NCBI GenBank assembly: GCA_964016885.1
Contig: OZ024747.1
Span: 54,374,001-54,438,000 of the forward strand
Length of the DNA stretch: 64,000 nt
Direction: 5' to 3'
Source of the DNA: Eledone cirrhosa
Taxonomy: Eukaryota
Made by a program: the position numbers and the translations under genes. The notes under the pieces were generated by a model. It was not told the origin of the DNA. It did not search any database and was given only the letters and a program-made list of their open reading frames with translations. Positions 28,375-43,189 of this stretch are shown one piece after another (the first letter of the stretch is position 1; every line of letters begins with the position of its first letter).

Positions 28375-29538
28375 AAGCAACGGGGTTCACCTATTACATG
28401 AAGACATTGCTATTGAACAAATCCTTAAGAAATCAATAGAATTCAACAACCCTATGCACATCATCTTCATTGTCTTCACAAAAGCTTTTGACAAAGTGAA
28501 ACTACCCAGCTTCTAGCAACTCTTAAACAAGACCTCAATTAACAAAAAATATATCAACCTACTGAAAGAAACTTATACCAACTCAACAGCATATATCAAA
28601 CAGATTTTGGAAGTACTCACTGTATAGACTTCTTGGAGGGAGTTAAGCAGGGTGATGTACTATCAGCACTTCTTTTCTGTATAATTATAACTGCACTTAA
28701 TATACCAATCTGAAGAAGAATGCTCCTATGGTTATCAAATAGGAGGTAAAATCCTATCAAATCTTAGCTATGCAGACGATCTGGCCATCATGGATCTGCA
28801 AGACGTTCTGAATGTCCTAGCCAAACATTAGCTGGAGGCTGGCTTACACATCAATATTCCAAAACAAACAGTATGACAACTGATGAAAACAATGTCAATC
28901 TCCAACTCACAATCTACTACTAGCAAATTGCTCAAGTTACGGAGTTTGTATATTTTGTTCACAAACTATCATCAACCAACAATAGAATGGTTGCTGCGCA
29001 GTATCACATCACACTAGGTTGGGCAGCTTTAAACAAGAACAAGGAAGTACTTACATCAAAAGGACTTTCCTATCATATGAAGGCTAAGATTTTCGATACT
29101 TACATCCTACCAGTTGTGATATATGGTCTTCACTGTGTTAATTGGACGACAAGGTCACATCAGAAGCTTTCTAGATTCCAGAACCACATCATGAGACTTA
29201 TGACTGGCAAGCGGCTCAGCGACCGTATCTGTATCAGTTAGCGTCTCAACATTACCAGTCGTAAACCAATTACATCAATTGTCAAGTCAAGAGTGCTCAA
29301 ACTATACGGCCATATAAAAAGATCAACTCGTGGTGTGAGTCGGTTATGCCTGGAAGGAAGTTTGGCGGGTAAGAGAAACAGAGGCAGCCAAAACGATGGC
29401 TTGATAATGTCAACTTATGGACTGGACTTGATCCTTGCTCTTTGAACTCTGCTGCTGGTGATCGAACTTTGTGGAGAAAAATATTTCATGCTGCTGAGCA
29501 GTCTGCAGCTGGCGGATTTTAGCGCCACAAGATGAAGA
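28375..29538 (+). mobile_element. Decayed RTE-like LINE, 5'-truncated RT region
   Basis: Broken frames give AIEQILKKSIEFNNPMHIIFIVFTKAFDKV, GVKQGDVLSALLF, NLSYADDLAI, IFDTYILPVVIYG, LKLYGHIKR and EGSLAGKRNRG; ends in agatgaaga. Confidence 0.85.
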
Positions 29539-30433
29539 CACTGGTGTGCTCTATGCTGATAATAAGACTCTTTGATGCTTGTTGTTCTATATAAATCGTC
29601 CCTAATTTCAGAGGAAGTGGAAGGTTGTGTCGAACATGTTAATCTCTTCTTCCACCGTGGCAACCCTAAGTGACCATGGATCGATAATACTCATGGAATA
29701 CACTTCAGCAAATTTTCGTTATCATCAGCAATTCTGTAGGTTTTAAGAAAATGATTCCCTTTGCTTCAGAATAGTGGAATCTCATGTGGAATTACTACAA
29801 TAAATTTATTAAAGGGGTCATCTGGAATAAATCACCACAAACTTTATTGACCCACACCTCTATTCTACTGGTGTATTGAGACAACCACAATGATAACGGC
29901 GTGGGAAGGGCAAAGGGTATTGATGTCAAAACAGATGCTATTGGAATTCTTAATTCAAATTTCTACAAATACAACACACATAATGTATTCTATCTCTATA
30001 TATTGATAAACATGATATACGGTGAAATATACTGCACTAAAGGTAAGGCTTCAAAGAGAAGGTCTAGTTATATTGTAACTTTTACTTTTGTTAATGATCT
30101 GAATTCTAGATAAGTAGACTTAATCCGTCAGTCGTCTTTACAACACATTATGATTGCTGAGTGACTTTAGCATAATTCACTTAGCTATAGGTAATTGGGA
30201 GAGGTTTCTGGTTTGAGGAAGGAAATCTTATACTTCATTGGCACACCGCCAGACTGTGAATAAGGATTTCACTGCAAAGATTTGCGACCAGGTTGCGCTA
30301 TTGCATAAACAAACCGCCTGAAAGATGTACAATGGAAAATACAGGCGAGAATGTCATAGTTTATCATGAATAGATAATATAGACACATACACAATCATAC
30401 TGACACATATATATACAAATATATATACATATA

Positions 30434-31230
30434 CCGTATATACTCGCGTATAGGTCGCACTTTTTTAACGATAAATGAGTATAATTTTTTGGGGTGCGAC
30501 CTATCCGATCGACATCAGACTGACCAATGATTTTTCATAGACTTAATCAACGATGGGTATTTATAAAAATCTTTTTGTTAATATTTTTTATTATTTAACA
30601 TAATAATTTCATATATCTACCTTCTTATACATATATTTCTTGATTTTAAATTTTTTACTAAAACTTCGTAGTGTTTACGTTTTTTTCTATCTGACCGAAC
30701 CATCCGTCATTAAAATCCATAGAAATGCATATCCGGTATTGAACATGTGATTTCATTGTCTAATATTCATCACTAATATTATCTTGTGTTTCTTTTTCAT
30801 TTCGAATGTTGTCCAATGTAAAACCTTCGAAGTCAGTATTCGCTAGTTTGGGAAGCCATGTTGATATGCTAAAACTCTGTTATACTTTCAACGTTAAAAA
30901 ACACGTGTTATTCCAAGTTGTTTCACTATATTAAGAGTTAATTTTCGCGTTTAAAGTCTTTATCTCGCAGTAATCTCAAATTGACGAAATTTCGATGACG
31001 TTAATGTTTATTTTATAAATAAAACATGGTTTGGAGTATATATCGCAATGGTGAAGTAATGGAAGCTAACAGATTATTAGTTTCAATTATCATAAAAAAT
31101 AGTAGTTTGACTTCCCAAATGTCGGTGCGACCTATCTGCGAGTCAATGGCAAATAGCCTATCTGTTAAATGAAAAGTGGGTATGCGACCTATCTGCCGGG
31201 GTGACCTATACGCGAGTGACCTATACAAAT
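30434..31230. mobile_element. Non-autonomous Tc1/mariner-superfamily (Tc2/pogo-like) TIR element
   Basis: Left end TA|ccgtatatactcgcgtataggtcgcac; right end gtgacctatacgcgagt with repeated subterminal gtgcgacctat motifs; minus-strand TDFEGF remnant near 30820-30840. Confidence 0.7.
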
Positions 31231-31246
31231 ATATATATATATATAT

Positions 31247-31445
31247 AACGAAGGAAATGTGGTAAGGAACCAGGTGGACCATAACGCACCAAAGTACTCA
31301 ATACTTGAGGTAGTAGAGTGGGTAATAGGAACCAGTAAGACCCCGACAGCTGAGCTCAAGCCGTTTCGACGGCTAATTCTGGACTCTGGAGTCCAGAATT
31401 AGCCGTCGAAACGGCTTGAGCTCAGCTGTCGGGGTCTTACTGGTT

Positions 31446-31450
<5 letters not shown>
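31247..31450. mobile_element. PLE-end remnant with 62-bp-arm palindrome (31325-31450) inside (TA)n
   Basis: Arms are perfectly complementary around ggactc-tg-gagtcc; the left ~78-bp tail is homologous to 3388-3465. Confidence 0.8.
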
Positions 31451-31493
<43 letters not shown>

Positions 31494-31577
31494 AAAGGCA
31501 AACAGAAATAACAACACTACTGGTACAGTATATGGAAGGAATATATTAGGTTAATGTTTAAAATTGCAGGAAGAGGG

Positions 31578-31614
31578 TTTTAACGTTTCGGACTCTAGTC
31601 CTTCATCAGAATAA
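31578..31614 (-). ncRNA. Minimal hammerhead ribozyme motif in a solo PLE end
   Basis: Minus strand ttatt-CTGATGA-a-ggac(taga)gtcc-GAAA-cg-TT-aaaa; canonical boxes, palindromic AACGTT stem III, weak stem I; ~85 bp from (TA)n. Confidence 0.75.
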
Positions 31615-31994
31615 AGAATAATAAATTAGAAAGATTGAAGGCACGGGCGGGGCGGAATCGGAAAAACATTTCTAGAGAAAAAATAACAAGTCCATTCATG
31701 TTGTCATCACTTGGAAAACTGTTGATGCTGGCGTTTTGTGTATGATATACTTTTTACAAGAGTTTACCTGAGATGTAAAAAAAAAAACGTTTCGTATATA
31801 GAGCTATACATGTGCACGTGCATGTGTGTGTATACAGAGATGTGAAGGGAAAAATAGGTGTATGTGTGTGCGCATTTTATTGGTCTGTTTCAGCTGTAGG
31901 AGCATGTGTTTCTGACCATAAGACAACCATAGGAATCTGGTGGTAAATGTACAAGCGCATGTGTGATAACGGACGGGGTAAACGTTACAGGGCA

Positions 31995-32040
<46 letters not shown>

Positions 32041-32044
<4 letters not shown>

Positions 32045-32100
32045 GTTTATTTATTTATGTATATTAGAATGAGATAGGAAGAGAATGGACATGGAAATAT

Positions 32101-32177
<77 letters not shown>

Positions 32178-32250
32178 TATATGTATATACAGAAATATTT
32201 CCATGTCCATTCTCTTCCTATCTCATTCTAATATACATAAATAAATAAAC

Positions 32251-32254
<4 letters not shown>
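32041..32254. repeat. ~68-bp perfect inverted duplication separated and flanked by (TA)n
   Basis: 32041-32108 is the reverse complement of 32186-32254. Confidence 0.93.
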
Positions 32255-32292
<38 letters not shown>

Positions 32293-32568
32293 CTAGGTAC
32301 ACGTGCCAGACATATTGGTAATGACAAAATATAACAAAAACACATACTACCACGTTTGCACCCATATCCCCCAACACCTGTTCTTTTCCACATTACATGT
32401 GCAACCCTTTCATACGATTGACACAAGCAATCAAAAATATATACACGGCAAATATTGACATTTAAAGGACAAGAAGCAGTATCGGCAACTTTAATAGAAA
32501 TACATAAATATATATATATATATATATATAATCAAAGCATAATACACACACACACACACACACATATA

Positions 32569-32605
<37 letters not shown>

Positions 32606-32634
32606 AGCATAATACACACACACGCACACATATA

Positions 32635-32722
<88 letters not shown>

Positions 32723-32773
32723 TATGTGTCTGTTTGTGTACGTATGCGTATATATTCATAAGCAGACACACAG

Positions 32774-32856
<83 letters not shown>

Positions 32857-32858
32857 AG

Positions 32859-33075
32859 TACAGTACGTAGAAAAAGTTGTGGTCGTTCAGAAGCATTTTA
32901 ATGAAAGTTTAAAGCAAAAGACATGACTGTTAGTACCAATTCAAGTATGTAATGTTAATATAGGTTACAGCCATTTTCGCCTTCTTCTGATAACTAGGAG
33001 AGCATCGTCTCATATATCTTTGCCATTTCTTCAAACTGGTATTTCTGATATTTCATATTTTCTCGTAAAAGAAGT
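32859..33075 (-). mobile_element. Possible Tc1-like transposon right-end fragment
   Basis: TA|cagt terminus next to (TA)n; the degenerate minus-strand translation only loosely resembles a Tc1 transposase C-terminus. Confidence 0.3.
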
Positions 33076-33214
33076 CTGTATATATGTGTGGGTAAGAGTT
33101 GTATACATACGTATATATATATATATATGCATATATTTTTAACTGACAATGGTTTCTCACTCTTTATACCTTATCTCGTTCTGTCTCTGACTTTTTTCTC
33201 TCTATCTCTTCCTA

Positions 33215-33262
<48 letters not shown>

Positions 33263-33266
33263 CTCC

Positions 33267-33300
<34 letters not shown>

Positions 33301-33399
33301 TTATACAAATATATATGCATTTCTATACACATCTCTTTCTCTCTCTCTCTCACTATATATATATATATATAAATTCACTCACACACACACACACACACA

Positions 33400-33451
<52 letters not shown>

Positions 33452-33729
33452 TATATTTATACGAATGCTTAAGTAGCTGGAGTCATATACATGCTCTCAG
33501 AGCATCTATTATCAAGAAGTTAAAGTATATATTTGTTGTTGTTCCAATGTATCTCGTACGTTTCGATCTGTCTATTTGTCATGCTGTGTACTTATTATAT
33601 GTGTGTGTGTCTATGTGTTTGTCGGTTTGCGCCTGTATATGTATGTGTGTATGTATGAGAGAGTGTGTTTGTTGGTCTGGGGTTGCATATGTGCGTATCT
33701 AGATGCTTTCGTACGTGTGCTTTATATCT

Positions 33730-34042
<313 letters not shown>

Positions 34043-34043
34043 A

Positions 34044-34115
<72 letters not shown>

Positions 34116-34116
34116 T

Positions 34117-34201
<85 letters not shown>

Positions 34202-34498
34202 GTATATATGTATATATACTTAAACACACATAATCCACAAAGGACATGAAATGAAACAACAATATATACATTATTTATATTTAATATAAAGTAATATAAA
34301 ACAATTTAATATATATCTATATATCTATGGTCACCTACGTATCAATAAATCAAACACACAAAAAAATAGACATACACACCTAAGATATACATGTACATGT
34401 ACACATATATACATACACATAGATATATAAATACATATATACACATATACATATACATATATATATACACATATACATATACATATATACACATATAC

Positions 34499-34589
<91 letters not shown>

Positions 34590-34624
34590 CACATACATAT
34601 ATATATATACATGTATATATATAT

Positions 34625-34723
<99 letters not shown>

Positions 34724-35422
34724 AGGAGGTGATCACACACACACTTACACACACCACACACATCCATATATGTATATATATATATTTATATTTAAATATA
34801 TATATATGTGTGCGTGTGTTTCAATGTGTATGTTGTATGTACACACACACACACACACACACACATACACACGTATATATATATATATATATATACATTT
34901 ATATATTTATATATTTATATATATATATCTATATATGTATCTATATCTATATCTAGCTATCTAATAATATACATAGCTGCATACGTTGCTCATAAGTAGT
35001 ATTGTAGATTTGTATGTTGAAGTAAGAAAAATAAGGAAAGAAAATGAAAAGAAAAAACATGAACGCAAAAGTAAAATGAAACAAAAATGAAACAATCATC
35101 AAAAAAAAAAATAAATAAACAAAGAGAGAAGTAATATTTCTGTAAATATATTCCTTACAAACCTTCTGAAAGGAACTCTTCAAAGAAACGCTGGGAAAGT
35201 TCACTTTGAGATGAAAACCAAATCTAGTCTACTCGAGTGAAGACAATAATATATCCTTTAAAGGGAAGAAATGTTTAATTCGATGGAAAGACACAACCAA
35301 TTTCAGCTCTTCAAATTGGAAAAAAAAAGGAAAACATATACAGCGTTATAAGTTTAGAGTTATATGTGTCTGTGTATGTATACATGCATATATATATATA
35401 TATATATATCATATATATATGT

Positions 35423-35504
<82 letters not shown>

Positions 35505-35519
35505 TATATATATGTAGGT

Positions 35520-35632
<113 letters not shown>

Positions 35633-35639
35633 GTAGGTA

Positions 35640-35675
<36 letters not shown>

Positions 35676-36013
35676 CGAGCGATTATGTGTGTGATTGCGG
35701 GTGTGGGCATGTAGGTATGTTTAAAGAGGCAATTTGACACTTTAATTCCGAAGTTCATCATGTGTGACTATTTAACATATAATATATTTTCAATACTCCA
35801 TATGTATAGTCACAAAATTAGACTTTCGCTCAATTCCACATTTCTTCAAAAGTCCAATATTTCTTGATGGCGGCAGGTTGGCATTATAGTTGAGGATATC
35901 AGTGCTATTAGACAACAACATTGGTCGTGTATGTACGTATGTAAGTATGTATGGACATGTATATGTGCGCAAAAATGTGTACCTGTGTATTAATACATAC
36001 TTCGACATATATT

Positions 36014-36251
<238 letters not shown>

Positions 36252-36328
36252 CATACATAGATATGCATAGATTTGCATCAGTATATTCAGAATGTATATA
36301 GGAATGCAAAAACTAAAGAGAAATATGC

Positions 36329-36416
<88 letters not shown>

Positions 36417-36534
36417 ATATGTGTATATATATTTATGTAGCTATAGGTACTCATGTACGTATATGTGCATGTGAGAGACTATGTTTGAAATCTGTATGCA
36501 TTTATCATTACTTTTTGCATTCCTATAAACATTC

Positions 36535-36589
<55 letters not shown>

Positions 36590-36595
36590 CCAGGG

Positions 36596-36639
<44 letters not shown>

Positions 36640-36885
36640 CCAGGGAAATATATATATATATATATGTGTGTGTGTGTACGTATTAACAATCAAACGAATA
36701 TCATGTCACATGCATTCATACGCAGTCCCTTTCTGATACAGATGAGCTTGGTATTGCTGTTGTTGTCTCTCATTGTGAGTTTCTGCATATCCTCTTAACA
36801 CTTTTATTTGACTTTCTACCTATTATAAATATCTCCATATTTAGATACACACATATACACACAGTATTTTATATTTGGATACATC

Positions 36886-37212
36886 AACTTGATAACCTTG
36901 ACCAACCAGTCCGTCGGGCGTCCATTCGGCGACGTTGGTCACAGCGCGCCCTCCATTCCTCTCTGCATCATGCTTTCCTCATCCATGTAGTCCCAATCAT
37001 ATTCCTAAATTCGTAACTCCACCTTCGTGGAGGCCTTCCGAGTGGTCGATTCCGCTCGCGCGGGTACCACTCAGAACAGCGTGGGTCCATCGATTATCGG
37101 TGAAACCGGCCACGTGTCCAGCCCATGTGAACTTGCTGCGCATATATTCCGCGATGACATCCTTCACGCCGGACTTCTCAACGAGATTCCTAGCATTGAT
37201 CTCTCCATGGCT
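36886..37212 (-). mobile_element. RTE-clade LINE 3' fragment
   Basis: KSGVKDVIAEYMRSKFTWAGHVAGFTDNRWT followed in a shifted frame by RPLGRPPRR; short repeated tcaag tail. Confidence 0.88.
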
Positions 37213-37222
37213 CTGTGTATAT

Positions 37223-37265
<43 letters not shown>

Positions 37266-37291
37266 CTTATGTAAATATATATATATATATA

Positions 37292-38435
37292 TACTAGCAG
37301 AGGTACCCGGCATTGCTCGGGTATTAAATAGCAGTTATGTATACCATTTATGTCAATAGTTCAGTGCTGCTTCCAAAACTATACTTTTACAAAATAATCG
37401 GCTTTTTCCAAAAGGGGGTTCCTTCCCCCAGGGATCCCCTACTCAATATGTACCAATTCTGAGAGTTCACATTCATCTGTAGAACAAACGTAGCCCATGT
37501 GTCAAGTTTTGTGAAAATCGGTTGCGAACTCCAGAAGTTATGACGTTTTTTTTGCATTGCACTGTAGTGCTTCAGTCGACTCCAAGGAAGTGGTTAAAGG
37601 GGGTTATCTTCCGGGAGGCCCTATAATCAATATCTGGTAAAATGAAAGTGCCCATGACCATCCGGAGTACATAAGTAACCTATGTCTTAAATTTGGTGAA
37701 AATACTGTAGAAATGCATGAGGTTTACACACAAACGCGCGCGCACGTGTGTGCGTGTGTGTGTGTGTGTATGTATTTGTGTGTGCTTATATATATGTATG
37801 TGTATGTTCGTCGGCGCATACGTATATACTGGCCTAAATCTTCACTATTTACTTTTACTATGTTAAGGCAAAGTTAAAATCCTGTCGATGTTAACTTTGC
37901 TTTTCATCCTTACGGGGTCGATAAAATAAAGTACCAGTAATGTACTGGGTACTTGCTGGCGTTGTGCCAAAAGTAGAAACAACTATTTTAATAACCTGTC
38001 AATTTCGTTTACAATTTTATTTACACTATTCTTAAACTCCGTGGCTGGAAATCATTCGGTTATTTTGAATAGAATATTAGTCTAACGACTCCATTGACAC
38101 CATAAACTTGATCTTGTCTTTGCATGAAATTGTTCTTCTCGGTCCACCGCGTCGTTTATACGTAACATAAATAGATAAGCAAATGACGCCATACAAGGGA
38201 AATAACTCGTCTCTCATCTCTATTTATACATTGAACTGAAAAATTAATACATTACGAATTCGATTTTTGCACTTGGCATGGGTCGATTTGAACATTTTTT
38301 TGACCGATGTCTCTGTCGGACCTTCATCTATAAGTGTAGCAGTTTCACCGAAATTTGAACGTACGCTTTAGGAGGAGACGTATGGCGACCGTTTTAGTAA
38401 ACAGACAGACAGACAGACAACATCAGATTAACATA
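37292..38435 (+). mobile_element. Non-autonomous Helitron/Helentron-like element with nested SINE fragment
   Basis: Starts tactag with subterminal hairpin tacccggcattgctcgggta; internal aa(g/a)ttt(t/g)gtgaaaat repeats; (CAGA)n near the other end; TA-rich flanks. Confidence 0.6.
37884..37987 (+). mobile_element. SINE 3' half
   Basis: gttaactttgcttttcatccttacggggtcgataaaataaagtaccag...gtagaaac. Confidence 0.85.
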
Positions 38436-38451
38436 CATATATATATGTATG

Positions 38452-38537
<86 letters not shown>

Positions 38538-38587
38538 GATTTAATGCTCTGAAATAGCGATATATTTTCGAATATTCTATGTTTGTC

Positions 38588-38630
<43 letters not shown>

Positions 38631-39005
38631 TGGGGATACGTATTGATATGCTATATTGTAATTTCTACAAATTGTTTTCAAAAGTAAACACATGCATTTG
38701 TAAAGATTCAATAGAAACGCCAGTGACACGAGACTGTGTGTTATAGTGTTAAAGAGGTTAACAGTGTTTGATGGAATTTAAACTACACTAAATAAGTACA
38801 CGGTTAACTAGCAAATACATACAAAAAAATCACGTTAATAATAACAATGATGAAAATAACCACACCATCAACGACAAACAATATAAACAACCACAGCAGT
38901 GACGATTATATAACAGTAATTACATGGACATGAATTCTTCGTATGTTCGTACTATAGATGTGTGGATGTATTGTAGGCAGGTGTAAAATTATACGTATAC
39001 AACCT

Positions 39006-39133
<128 letters not shown>

Positions 39134-39140
39134 GAGATAA

Positions 39141-39195
<55 letters not shown>

Positions 39196-39239
39196 TATAC
39201 TTATAAAATATGGAGAAGGAACATACGAGTTGGAAAATA

Positions 39240-40566
39240 TATATATATATATATATGTAAATAGGGAGAAAAAGACGATTATTAGGAAGAAAAATATATT
39301 TATTTTCTTTATTTTTTCTATTTTATCTGGGTTAGAAAATGTTTAAAACAAAATATTTTACTTTCTGTGAAGTGTTAAGGTATTGGTTAATTTATTTATT
39401 AATTAACAATAGTATTTATTTATTTATTTATTAATTTATTTATTTAATAATTGTCAATACCAGTTTCAGCAATTTTTGCATTATCAAAGGAGCGAATTTT
39501 TATTGGTATAAAATGTTGGAGAGAAGATAAGGTGATGTTGAACATGTGAAGGAAATGGGAAAGAAAGAATAATATTATTTACAAACAAGGTTTTTGAAGT
39601 AAAAAGAAAAAAGAAAGAAAATGGGGTGATGTGGAACATGATAAGGTAATGGGAAAGAAAAATAATATCATTTACAGGCATGGTTCTTGAGGATAAGCAG
39701 TTCAAAAAGTGTTTTTATGGCTGGAGCGCTTAGGGGGTCCATGATGGAGGCAAATGGTAGTCTGGGGTTGGATATGTTTTCCATTTTTAGAGAGTTAATA
39801 TGCAGGGGGGAGGTAATTCACGGTGGTCGGGTAGGAGAAAGAGAGGAGAGGGAGTAATTCATTTATGTAAGAAAAAGGATTATGTAGGGTGTTTGGGAGA
39901 TAACTCTTTAGAGAACGTAGGAATTTTTGGCTTTGGTTCATTGTTCGTTCCAATTTTAGTTTAGACCTAAATTTAGTCCATTAAGTGGAGGTTGGAATTT
40001 GTTAATGAAGTACGTTTCCTTATTGGTACTATGGATGAAATAAGCGTTGTCTATGAATTTGTAAATGGGGAACATTTTAAAGTGTGGTTGTTGGTTAGGT
40101 TCACAATTGGCGATATGTTCACTAAAAGCACTCTTTCTGTATTCCTGTATTTTGATTTTGATCTATGGACAGTCATACGTTGTCGGAGGCTGTTTTTTGT
40201 CTGTCCTATGTAGTGCTCTCGACAACCTGAGCAGGTCAAAACATAGATTAGGTTTTCAGATGCACATGTAAAGTTGTATATAACTGTGAAATGTCGTCTT
40301 TGTTTAAAGTGGAATGTTCAACCTTCTATTAGATTTATGCATATACCACAGTTGGGCCCTCCGCATTTTTTTACTGTAGGGTTCATTATGAGGGTTGGTT
40401 GGATTTTGGCTTGTGTGAGGATGTTTTTAATAGATTTAGGTTGTCTTTTGCTCTTTATGATGTTGTGTGTTTGGAGGTGTTCATTCTTGAGTCTCTTTTT
40501 AGTAAAGCAACGTTCTGTAGGATGGTGTCGAAATGCCTCATTGTTGAGGGGGTTGTGTGTTTTCTG

Positions 40567-40568
<2 letters not shown>
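39240..40568 (-). mobile_element. 5'-truncated decayed PLE (GIY-YIG + 3' region)
   Basis: Minus strand gives KKCGGPNCGIC...FTCASENLIYVLTCSGCREHYIGQTKNSLRQRMTVHR; degenerate hammerhead at 39455-39490; TA tracts at both ends. Confidence 0.85.
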
Positions 40569-40610
<42 letters not shown>

Positions 40611-40614
<4 letters not shown>

Positions 40615-40712
40615 CCCTAGAGCAAATATTTATTAAAATAACAGATTAATGTTTCAGAAGATCCCGTCAAAGCAGCGATTTTTTGCTTAAACTTTAATCT
40701 GTTATTTTAATA
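40611..40712. mobile_element. Short PLE-end remnant with 19-bp inverted ends
   Basis: tattaaaataacagattaa / ttaatctgttattttaata; same family as 13091 and 24113. Confidence 0.65.
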
Positions 40713-41265
40713 TTGATATATATATTTATATATATATAGACATCACTTCTCTCCTTGTATGTTATACGCTCTATTCCTTTTAAAATTCTCTTTCTCTCTT
40801 TTCTGATTTTTTCAATGGGTTTTGTTTAACCTGACTCTTTGCTATTCCTTTTATCGAGTTCCCCATAATTTTTCTGGAAAACAAAGTATATATGTATATA
40901 TATATATATGATATATATGCACATTTATATGTACGTACGAGTGAAATGACATAAACGAAAACTATTTTGTAGACTGCCTATTGACTGTTCATTTAATTCA
41001 AAAGTCTAGCCATATTAGACACACTGCCACTCTGATTTTAAATAACCTGAATTGTATGTACATGTAGAATGTTCAATCACTTACTGGTTTCATTGGCAGT
41101 CTGTTTCTTTGATCGAACAAATGATAGACTCACCATCGAAACCGATTGAGACCCATTCGTTTCTTTAATACTTAAATATATAATGTGAATAAGCATTTTA
41201 TTTTAATTTTGTTATATTTTCAGTGATTGTCTGTAACCAGGAAGACAGTATTATTTATTCATACA

Positions 41266-41450
41266 ATGGTGGATTGGCAGTATCGGTAGAGGGTCGGATG
41301 CCATGCTTTCCAGCATAGTTACGTCCCTTTACGATCTGAGTTCAAATCCTGCCGAGGTTGACTTTGCCTTTCATCCTTACGGGGTCGATAAAATAAAGTA
41401 CCAGTAATGCACTGGGTAATTGCTGGCCTTGTGCCTAAAGTAGAAACAAT
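41266..41450 (+). mobile_element. tRNA-derived SINE, full length, with 16-bp TSD
   Basis: A/B boxes plus conserved body; attatttattcataca at 41250-41265 and 41449-41464. Confidence 0.93.
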
Positions 41451-42497
41451 TATTTATTCATACATCTACTAGTTTTTTCATGTTTCGTCATTCTTCATGT
41501 GTTTTCCTAACAAATTAATATGCATGATAAAAATTAGGAAAATCTGTTTCATGACACTTCCTGATTCAGAAATATTTGAAGCCTTTTGGAGACATAAAAA
41601 TACACATACCACAACATCAACCATGACGGCAACAATATGAAGCATTTAGTTATTTTAATATGTTGTGACAATTTAAGTTTTATAATATAGAGCAGAGCGT
41701 ATGCAGAAAATTATTCTGAGAGATAAACCTAATGTAGAATTGCTTACAAAACAGTAATAAGTTTGTTTACTACTTACATTAATAGAATAGTTATAATGTT
41801 TATTTAAAACAAGCAGAATAGCCAAAACTTGAAATTAACGGTCAAAGGCAATTCAGTGTGACATAGTCTTTGACCAAAATTGTTCATTTGAAATACAAGC
41901 CCATCTCATTTTTTTTGCCGATAGAATGTACGTTAAATAGTGCCTTCCTGACAAATACAACACACCACCAGTTATCGAACTGATGACCTTAGGATTGTGA
42001 ATTAAATACCCTAATAACAAAGCTATGCCACTTCACTAACTCTTCAAAAATCTTATAAAATATTATTATAAATATTGTTTCAATTAGACTTTCCATTGTT
42101 GTCAAAACATTTGGCTCATGAACAGATGCGAACAGACAAAGTATCGAACTCGAGATCATTTGATATCAATTCCTATACCATAATAATTAGGCCAGGCGCC
42201 CCATTTGTATGCTTAATGATTTAATGATGATGTTTAGAAATCTAAGTTTCTTACTTTGTCTATTACACAACAGATTTCCTTCATGTGTTTACATGGCTTC
42301 ATTACAACTGAGAATTAGAACAGATCCATTGAGCTTAGTCTTATCTCCTCTATATGATTTTCTCATTAATACCTAGTCTAAAATGTCTATACATACATAT
42401 ACATATTCTTACATACATATATGCATACATTCATATATACATACATACATTATGCATACATACATATATATACATGTATGAATGAATATATGTGTAC

Positions 42498-42548
<51 letters not shown>

Positions 42549-42554
42549 TATATA

Positions 42555-42587
<33 letters not shown>

Positions 42588-42615
42588 GTGTGTGTGTATA
42601 TGTATATACACACGC

Positions 42616-42685
<70 letters not shown>

Positions 42686-43008
42686 TTGTGTGTTTGTGTG
42701 GGTGTATGTGTGTGTATATGTGAGTGTGTGTGTGTATGTATGTGTCTCTGTGTGTATGTGTGTATGTGTGTATGTGTGTGTTTGTGTGTGCGTCACGGAA
42801 ACTGGTGTCAGCAATCAGCATCCACCCTGACACTCCTCAACACCACCAGCTTCATAATTCCTTTATATCCTTATAAACACAACCACACACCGCACCAACA
42901 ACTCCAGCGTCAAGAGTCAGCGAAGGGCCACCCGACTTGGTTGATCAATTTGCTAGATATCACAGAGAACTCACTATCGAACCATACTCAGACGTATTAG
43001 GAAATAAT

Positions 43009-43189
43009 TGTTTCTTCTTTAGACACAAGGCCAGCAATTACCCAGTACATTACTGGTACTTTATTTTATCGACCCCGTAAGGATGAAAGGCAAAGTTAAC
43101 CTTGGCGGGATTTGAACTCAGACCGTAAAGGGACGTAACTATGCTAGAAAGCATGGCGTCCAACCCTCTACCGATACTACCAATTCACC
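43009..43189 (-). mobile_element. tRNA-derived SINE, full length, with 18-bp TSD
   Basis: gacgtattaggaaataat at 42991-43008 and 43190-43207. Confidence 0.93.

Noticed and set aside
29560-29730. Minus-strand exon candidate after ttttcttaaaacctacag
   Set aside because: All three frames hit stops shortly after the acceptor.
41975-42030. ctgatga box at ~41980
   Set aside because: It lies in a decayed minus-strand SINE head, with no matching stem II/GAAA arrangement.
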